Shown here piece by piece: positions 50,980 through 64,000 of a stretch of 64,000 nt of DNA; within the stretch, counting starts at the first letter, position 1; every line of letters starts with the position of its first letter. The notes below the pieces were generated by a model. It ran no database searches. It was given only the letters and a program-made list of their open reading frames with translations, and had not been told where the DNA came from. The DNA lies in assembly GCA_002269645.1 (NCBI GenBank), contig NIVC01000035.1, forward strand, positions 797,362 to 861,361, in the 5' to 3' direction. Source of the DNA: Macrostomum lignano (taxonomy: Eukaryota). A program made the translations under genes and the position numbers.

Positions 50980-51447
50980 TAGGGGTGTTCGGGTTTCCAT
51001 TTTTCCCGGGTTCGGGGTTTGACCCGACCCGACCCGACCCCGAACTTCCCTGAAAAGAGAGCGCTTCATCTCAGGCTTTCTGTGATGATCTTTTTTCGAA
51101 GCGTGATGACTGAAGGGGGTTACTCGTCCTGAAGTACCTCTAGTAGTCTACTTCTCGTTCTCATTTGCAGTCCTGACTCCTTAACTCCTTTTCTAGTCAT
51201 CAGCTGGCAATCTCAAGTCTTCACTCCTCTCCTCTCTATAATTTGAATCCTCATTCTTAAGGTCTACTTTAACATCCACTTATCCAAAGGTTTACCTAAA
51301 TATTCACCTTTTTTATACTTAAAAAGGCGTTACAAAACGACATTAGGAGAAATTTAATTTTAAAATAGCTGAAGGTTATTTTTCCTTTGAACCCGAAAAC
51401 CCCGAAAACCCGACCCTAACACCCTACCCCGAACCCCAACACCCCTA
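50980..51447. mobile_element. hAT-type MITE with 8-bp TSD
   Basis: TIRs TAGGGGTGTT(C/G)GGGTT; flanks ACCAACGC / CCCAACGC (7/8). Confidence 0.75.
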
Positions 51448-51459
51448 CCCAACGCTGAC

Positions 51460-51950
51460 CTGCTCGCAGTGATACTCATCCTCCTCGGCGATAGACTGAC
51501 TGCGTTGCGTGCTTCGTCGACTTTTAGACAGTCGACGATAGGAAGCGCCCAACCGATTAGCAAGACTCGAACCACCGCCGCCGCCAAAGCGGAGCAAAGA
51601 CCGCAGCTCGTTGCCAATACTCCCAACTGTGCTTCGACGCTCTTCGTTGGCAGTAGCTTCGGCGGCTGACGACACGTCAGTGGACGAATATCTATCGTCC
51701 TGACTGCGGGTGCGCCGGCGCCAACTCTGCTGCTTCTGTTGCATCGAGCTGTTCCTTCGTCCACGACGCTTGCTGGCCGAGAGCTCCTCGCCGATGCCGC
51801 TGTCGCCTGAGAGACGATGCGACTGGCCTCGACTGCCAGCTCCGGGCAATGTCGATGGAAACTCGCTGATGTCCGGCAAGTCGAATACGCTGTCCGATTC
51901 GACAGCGTGTTGACTGTCGTCAAACTCTTTTGAGGACTCCAGGTTTAGGG
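51460..51950 (-). CDS. Ser/Arg-rich low-complexity exon, probably an AMPK gamma N-terminal or alternative exon
   Basis: Long GC-rich protein-like frame (RLSGDSGIGEE...); phase-0 donor CAG|GTCAGC compatible with the 37842 acceptor. Acceptor at 51951 is phase 1 and its upstream partner was not found. Confidence 0.55.
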
Positions 51951-53529
51951 CTGAATAAGACACTTAGTGATGTATAGACCCGATCCGTAGTTTCGTCAGT
52001 GAAGACGTCTATCGCGTTATGAGTTCTCTTCCCAACGAAGTCAAATAGGATTTTTATAATTGAAAATCGTTGAGTCCTGAGGACTTCTCCAGTGTTTTTT
52101 ATATATATATTAAGGTGTAGAGAGAAATAGGAGAGAGAAATTAGAAATTAGCCACAGTGGACGAACTGGGACGGGTTTAGTGAGAGGGGGGGGGGAGAGA
52201 GCATGAGCCTCTGTACTTTCTGTCAGGGGGTGGGGTCTGGGCGAGTGGACCAATGACAGGCTGTTGTTTTTGTTGGCTTTTCATTCCCTTTCTGGCCATT
52301 TCTTTCTCTCTCTCTCTCTCTGTCTAATTTCTGCAGCACTGAATCTATTAGTACATTTATTAAAGCAGATTGCCGTGTAGATTTGCTTGACCAGAGAGAT
52401 CTGTTTGAGTTGCTAGGGCTAATAGTAGTACATTTGAGCCTCTGACCAACAGTGCTAGAAGCGCGAACGGATGCGAAATAAATGAGAAACGGGGTTATTA
52501 TTTGGGTAAGTTGGGTAAGAAGAGAAGGTTTCAGATTATGCTCGCAGCTAAGTTATAAACAAGAGCAATGGTTTAGGGGTTCTATATTTAGCAATCAGTG
52601 CGAGTAGCTTCTCTCTCTCTCTCTCTCTCACTCACTCTCTGGACAATCAAGGGTACCAATAGGCAGATTTTTTGCAAGAAACAAAACACGATTTCACTAT
52701 TTGGTCTACAATGTCAATGCAAGCTTGTGTGTCATTGTGGCATATTGTACAGGCAAGTTTTCCTGCAAACTCAAACAGTTATGCTTAATGCCTAACCCCT
52801 AATGGCTGGTTGAATTCACATAAAAATAACAGCCTGCCTGATGCTAGGGCTACTCAGCTGACACTGGAACAATGGATCGAAATGCAGCTCAAAGAAACTG
52901 ACCAGCATTCTTGTGTGGCAGCAAATTAATTTATCTATTGATATATAAATCACTCACTCTGATGCTACATGCTATGCTACATAGGTAAAATTATTTAGAT
53001 AGAATTAGCTTTATAAATATACTGATATAGTTGAAAATGGTCTTTTATTAACTTTAGGATTAATTAAATTCTACTACATTAATACTAACATAACTAAAGC
53101 TCTATTTATAAGGCTGTCTATGATTTAGTTAATTTGTAATAATTTTAATAAATAAACTGAACCTTCAGAATTTCTAACACACAGAAAAAAGGTTTAAGCA
53201 TATTTATGGTAATACATTTTTTATAGATATTATCTTAAAGACAGCAATATTTGAAAATGAAAGTTGGAAATATAACTTTAATAAAAACATTTTATTTACC
53301 AGAATTTTCAACCTACAAATATATTTTTTCTAACAGTATACTACTTATTCCAGTAGGCAGTTTCTGTGTTAAGGAATATTAAAATAAGTTTATATCTAAA
53401 TGGTTAATAAAAATGAATATTTTTGAAGATAAGACAAGTAATTGTTTAAATGACTGCTTCATAAAGAATAAAAAATTAGGGTTTTTTAGTTTTATAATCG
53501 AATATCGAATGCTGTGGTTTTAAACTCAC

Positions 53530-53967
53530 CAGTTTGCTTCCACAACCATTATCTTTACTTTCATTGGTAGTCGTCAAAGCTACAGTAGGTTCCTCTTGAC
53601 TAACCCGTCGAGAGTCTTGAGCCATATTTGAGGCACATGGGTGGTCTGTTTCTTCAAAAACTTCTAGAGAAGTGTCTAAGCGTCTGTTTCCTAATAGGAA
53701 TATTTCTCTCTTGATGTTGCATACATCTTGCTTCGAATAACCGTGTGGGTAAGTAAGGTTCGTGAATTCATTTTCCATAGTGCTTAGCCAACCTCTGACT
53801 CTGTATAATGAGTTCAAATGAATATTTAGCAAATTTGGTACGTTAAATAATAACTCACTAGGGGCTAGCTTCGATTTAAGTGAGTGGAAATTGCATATCA
53901 GACAAAACAGTTTCTCTTGGGCAGGCACGGCAGGTGTGGCAGCACAGCCTAGTAGTGAAGAGTGTTT
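53530..53967 (-). CDS. Candidate phase-0/0 coding exon (146 codons)
   Basis: Acceptor TTTAGTTTTTTAG, donor CTG|GTGAGT, frame open throughout; compatible with the 54864 donor. No recognisable domain. Confidence 0.5.
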
Positions 53968-54863
53968 CTAAAAAACTAAAAATTTAAATAGATTGGCGTC
54001 CTATGATACCACGCTTTCACGAGACAATCCCGTTCCGTTCTAGCGTCAATTTGGTCAAGAATGCATTTTTATGTGTATGCCCTTAACAGGAATTACTTTA
54101 ATAATGTATGATTTTGCGATATTCTACAGACTACATCTATACAATACATACATTACACTTATTTCACGGAGAAAATAGTGATCGAAGTTATCAAACCGGG
54201 CTACTATAAGTAGATAAATTAGAAAACAAAGAAACAACGAATTGGAGAACGAACCGTTGTTCAAGCAGTTCAAAGCTCTCAATCTAAACATTTTTCTGAG
54301 AAAATCTAATCATGATACAGCAAGGGAAATAGAACCATATCATTTGGTTATCAAAGACAATTTAACTATACACACATGCAGCTAAGTTACAAACCACTAA
54401 AATACCCAACACTGCATTGAAGCAAAAACATATCTCTGACCCGAATTTGAATTTTCTTACTGGCAGTGCAAAAGGAGAATAAAATCTATTCGAGCTACCA
54501 AACCGAAATTATTCAAAACATTCAAAGTAAGACACTTTGACCTGTTATCACACAGTGTCTAGTATCAGGCAGGCTATTCGAAACCGTTAATACATGTGCA
54601 TATTTTCAGACACGTACTATGGCTAGGATCGTTTTATAAGCTTTCATATAGCAACCATAAATTTATGGCATCAATTAACTTTATGAGCAAGCATAAAATA
54701 TGCGGACTGTACACGTCTCGCTTATATATGTGAGAAACTTTTAGAACGTTTTAGTAAGCGAATAGAATACATGTACTCGTATGTTTATTGAAATCAAAGA
54801 TTAAGAGACTAACTTGTTTGGGACTTGGCATCTTATGCTATTTAGTCTAACTACATGTCTTAC

Positions 54864-55163
54864 CTCAGCATCGCCACCACGACCACCAGTGCCGAATAAA
54901 TATTTCTGCGGTACCACAAGATCCTGCTGGCTAGGTGGATCCCCAGTTGAATACCCTTTTCTGCTCCGAATCAGCCTGGCACGACGCCCGCCAGCACCCG
55001 CGGCTGCGGTTGCCGAGGAAAACGGCGCTTTAGTGAAATTTGACCATAGACGGCTGAAGCCACCGCTACTGTTGGAGTTGCTGCCGGGATTTTTGGCGTA
55101 AAGTCGCTCCCTACTCGAAGAATCGGTTGAGAAACTGCCACTAGTCGCTGATGTGGAAGACAT
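54864..55163 (-). CDS. Candidate first coding exon (MSSTSATSG...GGDAE), possible alternative AMPK gamma start
   Basis: ATG at 55163 with an in-frame stop upstream; strong phase-0 donor GAG|GTAAGA. Confidence 0.55.
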
Positions 55164-55607
55164 GGTAAGCAACTTACGACGACGCCTTTAGCGGCTCAGA
55201 GTATCGCGCGAGTTTTAAGTTCGAAATCGTGCGAATAAATTATGAGCAATTTTTTTCAACTTTTTCAGTGTGCAGCTTTAATCTGAGAAGGTGCAGGCAG
55301 GGCGCGCTCTAATATTATATAAACAGAGAGATTGTAGGTGTCAGATATGTCGGCTGGCAGTGCTGGATTTTGCGAGAAAATAATAGATAAGGCTGAGACA
55401 GAAAAACAGAAACAGACTGCATGCATGCGTGAGATACAGGTACATGCAGACTGTACAAATTTATGACCCGGCCTAGAGAATAAAGTGGGACTTTGCTAAA
55501 TAATACCTGAATAATCGTATAAACCATTGCTAAACACAAGAAGCTATGATTTTTCTAATTTTCCAAAACTAGATGTAAACAATAGTATTGACTGAATATA
55601 ATATTCG

Positions 55608-56565
<958 letters not shown>

Positions 56566-57242
56566 CAATTCTCGTTTCAAGGCTCCCGCCTTCTCTTCCA
56601 TGACTCCCGACACGTAAATTTGATTTGGATACTCCACTCTGACTATCCAGAATTTTACCGAAATGGCATTTTACAGATTGCGAGTTTAGTAAATTTGTGC
56701 GACTATAAAGTACAATAGCGGTCTCGATTCCTAGGGTAATTTAGAGTTTCGCGATTCTCGGTTAACCTGCAGCGACTTTTCACATTTTTCTTAGAAAAAC
56801 TATCGTTTCAGAGTTTTCATCCCTTGGTCAACTTATCAATAGGTCAACTAATCAATGAATCAACTTACAAAAGATCAGTTTATCAATCGGTCAACTTATC
56901 AATAGGTCAATTTCTCAGTTTGTAAACCTATCCATTTATCTGTGAAACCACAGCTACTGTTGTACCAAGCAATCAAATGTTGTACAAGAAGCGGAACTCA
57001 CGAGAAACGGCGTGAAACTTCGACCCCTGGGCCTGCCGCCAACCACACCGGAAGTGGCCTGTTCCGGCCCGATCGTGCTTGCATGCTTGGACTTGCGATA
57101 GTGCTGAATAAATTAATGAAGGCTTTTTGTCAGCGTGATTGGTGAAGTGCGCGGGCACTGGCCCCAAATATCCCCCTCAGAGCCGGATAAAAGCTGGGGA
57201 AAATTGAAATAAAGGAGAAAGTAGAAGAAAAGGTGGAGTAGG

Positions 57243-59131
57243 AGAGGGTAGAAGGAGAGGGTAGAAGGAGAGGGTAGAAGGAGAGGGTAGAAGGAGAGGA
57301 TAGAAGGAGAGGGTAGAAGGAGAGGGTAGAAGGAGAGGATAGAAGGAGAGGGTAGAAGGAGAGGGTAGAAGGAGAGGATAGAAGGAGAGGGTAGAAGGAG
57401 AGGGTAGAAGGAGAGGATAGAAGGAGAGGGTAGAAGGAGAGGGTAGAAGGAGAGGATAGAAGGAGAGGGTAGAAAGAGAGGGTAGAAGGAGAGGATAGAA
57501 GGAGAGGATAGAAGGAGAGGGTAGAAGGAGAGGGTAGAAGGAGATGGTAGAAGGAGAGGGTAGAGGGAGAGGATAGAAGGAGAGGGTAGAAGGAGAGGGT
57601 AGAAGGAGAGGATAGAAGGAGAGAGTAGAAGGAGAGGGTAGAAGGAGAGGGTAGAAGGAGAGGGTAGAAGGAGAGGGTAGAAGGAGAGGGTAGAAGGAGA
57701 GGGTAGAAGGAGATGGTAGAAGGAGAGGGTAGAAGGAGAGGGTAGAAGGAGAGGGTAGAAGGAGAGGGTAGAAGGAGAGGATAGAAGGAGAGGGTAGAAG
57801 GAGAGGGTAGAAGGAGAGGATAGAAGGAGAGGGTAGAAGGAGAGGGTAGAAGGAGAGGGTAGAAGGAGAGGGTAGAAGGAGAGGGTAGAAGGAGAGGGTA
57901 GAAGGAGAGGGTAGAAGGAGAGGATAGAAGGAGAGGGTAGAAGGAGAGGGTAGAAGGAGAGGATAGAAGGAGAGGGTAGAAGGAGAGGGTAGAAGGAGAG
58001 GGTAGAAGGAGAGGATAGAAGGAGAGGGTAGAAGGAGAGGGTAGAAGGAGAGGGTAGAAGGAGATGGTAGAAGGAGAGGGTAGAAGGAGAGGGTAGAAGG
58101 AGAGGGTAGAAGGAGATGGTAGAAGGAGAGGATAGAAGGAGAGGGTAGAAGGAGAGGGTAGAAGGAGAGGATAGAAGGAGAGGGTAGAAGGAGAGGGTAG
58201 AAGGAGAGGGTAGAAGGAGAGGGTAGAAGGAGAGGGTAGAAGGAGAGGGTAGAAGGAGAGGGTAGAAGGAGAGGATAGAAGGAGAGGGTAGAAGGAGAGG
58301 GTAGAAGGAGAGGGTAGAAGGAGAGGGTAGAAGGAGATGGTAGAAGGAGAGGGTAGAAGGAGAGGGTAGAAGGAGAGGGTAGAAGGAGATGGTAGAAGGA
58401 GAGGATAGAAGGAGAGGGTAGAAGGAGAGGGTAGAAGGAGAGGATAGAAGGAGAGGGTAGAAGGAGAGGGTAGAAGGAGAGGGTAGAAGGAGAGGGTAGA
58501 AGGAGAGGGTAGAAGGAGAGGGTAGAAGGAGAGGGTAGAAGGAGAGGATAGAAGGAGAGGGTAGAAGGAGAGGGTAGAAGGAGAGGATAGAAGGAGAGGG
58601 TAGAAGGAGAGGGTAGAAGGAGAGGATAGAAGGAGAGGGTAGAAGGAGAGGGTAGAAGGAGAGGATAGAAGGAGAGGATAGAAGGAGAGGGTAGAAGGAG
58701 AGGGTAGAAGGAGAGGGTAGAAGGAGAGGATAGAAGGAGAGGATAGAAGGAGAGGGTAGAAGGAGAGGGTAGAAGGAGAGGGTAGAAGGAGAGGGTAGAA
58801 GGAGAGGGTAGAAGGAGAGGGTAGAAGGAGAGGGTAGAAGGAGAGGGTAGAAGGAGAGGATAGAAGGAGAGGGTAGAAGGAGAGGGTAGAAGGAGAGGAT
58901 AGAAGGAGAGGGTAGAAGGAGAGGGTAGAAGGAGAGGGTAGAAGGAGAGGATAGAAGGAGAGGGTAGAAGGAGAGGGTAGAAGGAGAGGGTAGAAGGAGA
59001 GGATAGAAGGAGAGGGTAGAAGGAGAGGGTAGAAGGAGAGGATAGAAGGAGAGGGTAGAAGGAGAGGGTAGAAGGAGAGGGTAGAAGGAGAGGATAGAAG
59101 GAGAGGGTAGAAGGAGAGGGTAGAAGGAGAG
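57243..59131. repeat. 13-bp purine minisatellite GAAGGAGAGGGTA (about 145 copies)
   Basis: Directly visible. Confidence 0.97.
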
Positions 59132-59719
59132 AATGAATCAAACCCTTGGAAAAATCAGCATTAATTGTATAGCAGTCAGTATTTAGCAAGCTAAATATCT
59201 TTCAAGCCCTTCTAAATTTGGAAGAATTTTGCGCGCCAGATGCTTCTCATCTATGAGAAAATAATATACTATGCCCGTTATAAATAATCAGAAGCTCTAG
59301 CTATGAAAGGCGGTTTTTCATCACTAAACTTCATACGCCAATTATTTTGCTGCACTAAAAGCCTATTCCTTCATCTGTGCTATCAACGTTTTAACCCGTC
59401 ACACGAGAGTAGAATATGCGCATTATAGCAATTATCAAGTCAGTTTCTACTCAAAATTTCAGACTGAAAATTTCTTTGAGCGAGATGAGAGGAAGTACTT
59501 CGACAGAATTTTTTTTCATTCCAGCGTTCAGAAAAGCAACGGCACAAAAGTGCTTAAAGATATGCGATGGAGGCGCGGCAATCCCCGAGGGACACGCGAT
59601 GGGCTGGGATCAGGAGCATCCTAGGATCGCTTTTTTGGAAATTGGCGCTAATTTTTGGTTATTAATATTCCTGGCATCTTTTTCCTGATTTATTGACCGC
59701 TTCTTACTCATCTGCATCA

Positions 59720-60130
59720 CTGCCTCTCCCGTCCCTTACCCATACCTCTGTCTCACCCTCTCTTTCATTCTCGCTCTCTTCTCTCCCCTCTGTTCTCTCT
59801 CGCCTTTCCTTTGTTCTCTATCGCCTCTCCTCTGTTCTCTCTCCTCTTCTCTGCTCTCTCTCCTCTCTCCCCTTCCCTCTCTCTTCTATCTGCTCTCCTC
59901 TCTCCTCTCCTCTCTCCTCTCTCCTCTCTCCTCTCCTCTCTCCCCTTCCCTCTCTCTTCTATCTGCTCTCCTCTCTCCTCTCCTCTCCTCTCCTCTCCTT
60001 TCTCCTCTCTCCTCTCTCCTCTCCTCTCTCCTCCCACCTCTCTCTCCTCTCTCCTCTCTCTTTTATCTTCTCCACTCTCTCTCCTCTCTTCTCTCCTCTC
60101 ACCTCTCTCTCCTCTTTTCTCTCTCACATC
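59720..60130. repeat. CT-rich low-complexity tract
   Basis: Directly visible. Confidence 0.9.
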
Positions 60131-60263
60131 TCCCTCTCAATATTTTTACTCTCTCCTATTTTTCTCATCTTTCACTTTCTCTTATCTACATCTGCATTAC
60201 GCTGTTGCGCAATTTGCTGAGACATGAGCATGCAAGCGCACTCTCTCTCTCTCTCTCTCTCAC

Positions 60264-60447
60264 CTGATGCAGTTCGGCGCTCTCAACAAAGTCCACATGC
60301 TCAATGAGGATGTCGGGGACGCCAAGGCTGCTGCGAGCGTCTGTGCCGTTTTCCCCAGTGCTGTTCATAACTAGAGATTTCTGCTGCTGCTGCTGGTAGA
60401 GCTCAACTTCGCGAGAATGTCGCTTGCAAAGACTCGCAACTGTTCTG
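60264..60447 (-). CDS. Candidate coding exon (…SLCKRHSREVELYQQQQKSLVMNSTGENG…LGVPDILIEHVDFVESAELHQ)
   Basis: Open protein-like frame; phase-0 donor CAG|GTGAGA; acceptor TAG/CAG near 60445-60450. Assignment to AMPK gamma is inference. Confidence 0.5.
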
Positions 60448-60810
60448 CTAGAGGTGTGTTGCAGCGGTTAGTTCGGATGTATGATTTTTTATTGATGTAT
60501 TCAAACATTTTACATTTGGTTACATTTTACGAGATCAAATACAGTGCCATAATTTAATCTTGCATGCATTGAATCTATGAAACATCTGATCAGTAATAAT
60601 CGAAGTTTATCTTTTATTGTCTACCTTTAGACGAATTTAATTAGGATAATTATTCCTGACAAGAAAGGTCATGCATAATATATTTTACCATTTAGACTGA
60701 CTGACCGCATCTATGAGTGTTGACTGAGCAATAGTGTACTCTGACAGATTGTAAAACTGCAGGTGATGCGGAATGGAGAGGCTGAATACCACTGCTGCAG
60801 CTTGGGAATA

Positions 60811-61255
<445 letters not shown>

Positions 61256-62439
61256 AAAAATACTCTATCTAGCACCTATAAACAGCTTCAAGCACTTACC
61301 TGCAGAGCACTCCTTGCCAAAATAGTCAAAGCAGAATAGCAGGACAACTGAATTCTTTGCGTGAATATGTGAAGAGAAATAGTATTTTGCTGGGCTTTTT
61401 ACGACTATAGTTAATATATACTTCAAAAGATGGAAGCAATGAGTAGAACAGATAGAATGAACTGAGCAGTTGCAATGGATGGTATGCTCTAGTTGGCTAG
61501 AAGTTTAGGTCAACGGTAGTTGTTCGTTAATAAAAAGATGCGCCCGTCAGTTCAAACCGTCTCTTCCAGCGTCTGATTGGCCAATTACAGCAGTGGTGCA
61601 GAGCCAACGTGCATAAGAGGGGGGAAAGAGGGTAGAGAGGGACAGAGGAAAAGATTGTAGAGCTGCCAATTGTATTACCAGATCTCACCCCATATGGCTA
61701 AGCACCACGTTGTATCCAATACTACAATTTTAACGCTGCTTTTGTTCTCTGTCTAAATAAGTAATTTGAGGGAGCTAAGAGAAAGATATTCGAAAGAATA
61801 AGAGCTAGTGTGCGTGTTTGCGTCTTAGCTGAGCGTCTGTGAGTCAAATGGAAACAAACTATAAATTGCATGCCATTCAAATTTTCCAAAAGCTCTGGCT
61901 TTTGTGTGCAAAATTCTGACAATAGGAATTGCTAATTATTAACTAGCGGAGTTGTGATGGAAGGTTCCAGTGCAAATTTACAGTTTACTGCGACTCTTTT
62001 TGGACACTCGCTTATGCCTTTCTCACCTTCCTCTCTCTCACTAATCCCTTCTCTTATCCACCTCGCTAATCCCCCAATCCCCTGTCTCTTATCCCCCATC
62101 TCTAATCCCCTGTCTCTAATCCTCCTTCTCTAATCCCCTGTCTCTAATCCTCCTTTAATCCAATGTCTCTAATCCTCCTTCTTTAATCCCCTGTCTCTAA
62201 TATTCCATCTCAAATTCCTCGTCTCCACTCCGCTGTCTCTAATTTCACTTTTTTTCATTCCCCGTCTCCAAGCTTCCCTCTTTCCCTTCTATCTGCCTAA
62301 TTTTTCTCTTTAATCCCTTCTCTAGTCTCCCACTTTCTGTTTCTCTCTATGTCTAACTTGCCCCCTCCTATTTTCTCTCTCACTAATTATTGCTCTCTCA
62401 TTCTTTTCTCGTCAATCTAGTCTTTCCTCTCCGTCTCCG

Positions 62440-62680
62440 AAAATGATTCGGAGTTTTCTTAGAAATGAGTCATCGTTTTCTTAAGAGTAAGTCGGATTTT
62501 TTAGAAATAAGCGTAGTTTTCTTAGAAATAAGCCAGGGTTTTCTTAGAAATGATTCGGAGTTTTCTTAGAAATGAGTCATCGTTTTCTTAAGAGTAAGTC
62601 GGATTTTTTAGAAATAAGCATAGTTTTCTTAGAAATAAGCCAGGGTTTTCTTAGAAATGATTCGGAGTTTCCTTAGAAAT
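62440..62680. repeat. About 110-bp direct duplication built of TTTTCTTAGAAAT subunits
   Basis: Directly visible. Confidence 0.8.
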
Positions 62681-62841
62681 GAGTTGGAGTTGGAGGTCGG
62701 TAAGGAATGTATATTTGTTGTATCGCTAGCGTATTCTCGACCGAATTAGTCTATGGCATAAACCCAAATTCAGGGCTGCGCGTTCGTAGGATTGCATCTC
62801 ATGCATTCTATCCATGAAAAAAACACTCGTAAGTTATCCGA

Positions 62842-63128
62842 GGGCCGTAGCCCAGTGGTCCTGCGCCGCGCTCTCACGTGCCAGCGGCCCAGGCTCGATT
62901 CCAAGTGCAGTCACATTAATTTGAGGCTAAATTGGAATCTCGGCTTGGCTCTGCTCGTGCAATTAACAGTCTTGAGGACCAACCCCCAAGGCACAGTGAA
63001 GTGTACATGCCTAACAATAAATAAAGTTAGGGCCGCTGTACACTCCTGTGTGAGTATGTGCCTGCGTACGTATCCGCGCGCTTGTGTACCTGCTCAGGGG
63101 AGTCGGCGGAATGGGCAGCAATGCCTCT
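62842..63128 (+). mobile_element. tRNA-derived SINE (family 2)
   Basis: A box TAGCCCAGTGG, B box GGCTCGATTCC; homologous to 27998-28259. Confidence 0.8.
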
Positions 63129-63419
63129 CGCCGGTTGTGTGAAATTGTCCACTACGCTAAATTAATTTCTAGCCCTGGAGTAATCACCTTCGTTTAAGGT
63201 CGAATCTTTTACAGGCTTCGGCTGTTTACTAATACGCTCGTAGGTAATAAAAAATCTGCTTGCTTAAAATAGCGCCGAGCTGTTGTTATTTTTCTTCGGG
63301 AAGAAATTTCGTAGACTATTGAGCTTCAAGGGGATAATTGTGGAGCGTAGGGCTTCTTTAGTCACATGCCCTGAGAGAAGGGGAGAGTGAGGAAGCTCAT
63401 AGTTTTCATTCCCCCTTCT

Positions 63420-64000
63420 CCCTCACTCTCTCTCCCCTTCTCCCTCTCTCATATTCTCCCTCACTCTCTCTCCCTCTCTTCCTCTCTCATATTCTCCCTC
63501 ACTCTCTCCCTCTCTCCCTCTCTAATACCCTCCCTCACTCTCTCTCCCTCTCTCCCTCTCTAATACCCTCCCTCACTCTCTCTCCCTCTCTCCCTCTCTA
63601 ATACCCTCCCTCACTCTCTCTCCCTCTCTCCCTCTCTAATACCCTCCCTCACTCTCTCTCCCTCTTTCCCTCTCTAATACCCTCCCTCACTCTCTCTCCC
63701 TCTCTCCCTCTCTAATACCCTCCCTCACTCTCTCTCCCTCTCTCCCTCTCTAATACCCTCCCTCACTCTCTCTCCCTCTCTCCCTCTCTAATACCCTCCC
63801 TCACTCTCTCTCCCTCTCTCCCTCTCTAATACCCTCCCTCACTCTCTCTCCCTCTCTCCCTCTCTAATACCCTCCCTCACTCTCTCTCCCTCTCTCCCTC
63901 TCTAATACCCTCCCTCACTCTCTCTCCCTCTCTCCCTCTCTAATACCCTCCCTCACTCTCTCTCCCTCTTTCCCTCTCTAATACCCTCCCTCACTCTCTC
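63420..64000. repeat. 38-bp CT-rich tandem repeat, runs off the right edge
   Basis: TAATACCCTC recurs every 38 bp. Confidence 0.95.

Noticed and set aside
57177-59189. 670-aa ORF
   Set aside because: 13-bp repeat artefact.

Overview
Eukaryotic (metazoan) genomic DNA, very rich in tandem repeats, with GC-rich intron-poor coding exons. This style suggests a free-living flatworm such as Macrostomum, but that is inference, not demonstrated. From left to right: (1) the 5' end of a Ty3/Gypsy LTR retrotransposon on the minus strand (gag start at 370, tRNA-Leu primer-binding site at 472-489). Unusually, it carries six PBS-like modules spaced 52-58 bp apart and separated by unique spacers. (2) A plus-strand cluster: a Lifeguard/TMBIM (Bax-inhibitor-1 family) gene, an orphan exon of a second Lifeguard paralog, a two-exon MATE/SLC47 transporter, and an unidentified 5-exon gene whose phase-consistent model contains in-frame TGA codons. 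(3) A large minus-strand AMPK gamma subunit gene (4 CBS domains, 26753-29200) with probable long N-terminal exons out to about 60.4 kb. Its introns hold a 1472-bp inverted repeat, tRNA-derived SINEs, hAT-type MITEs and many mini/microsatellites. Most long ORFs in the supplied track are artefacts of stop-free tandem repeats. No rRNA, functional tRNA gene or CRISPR array was found.
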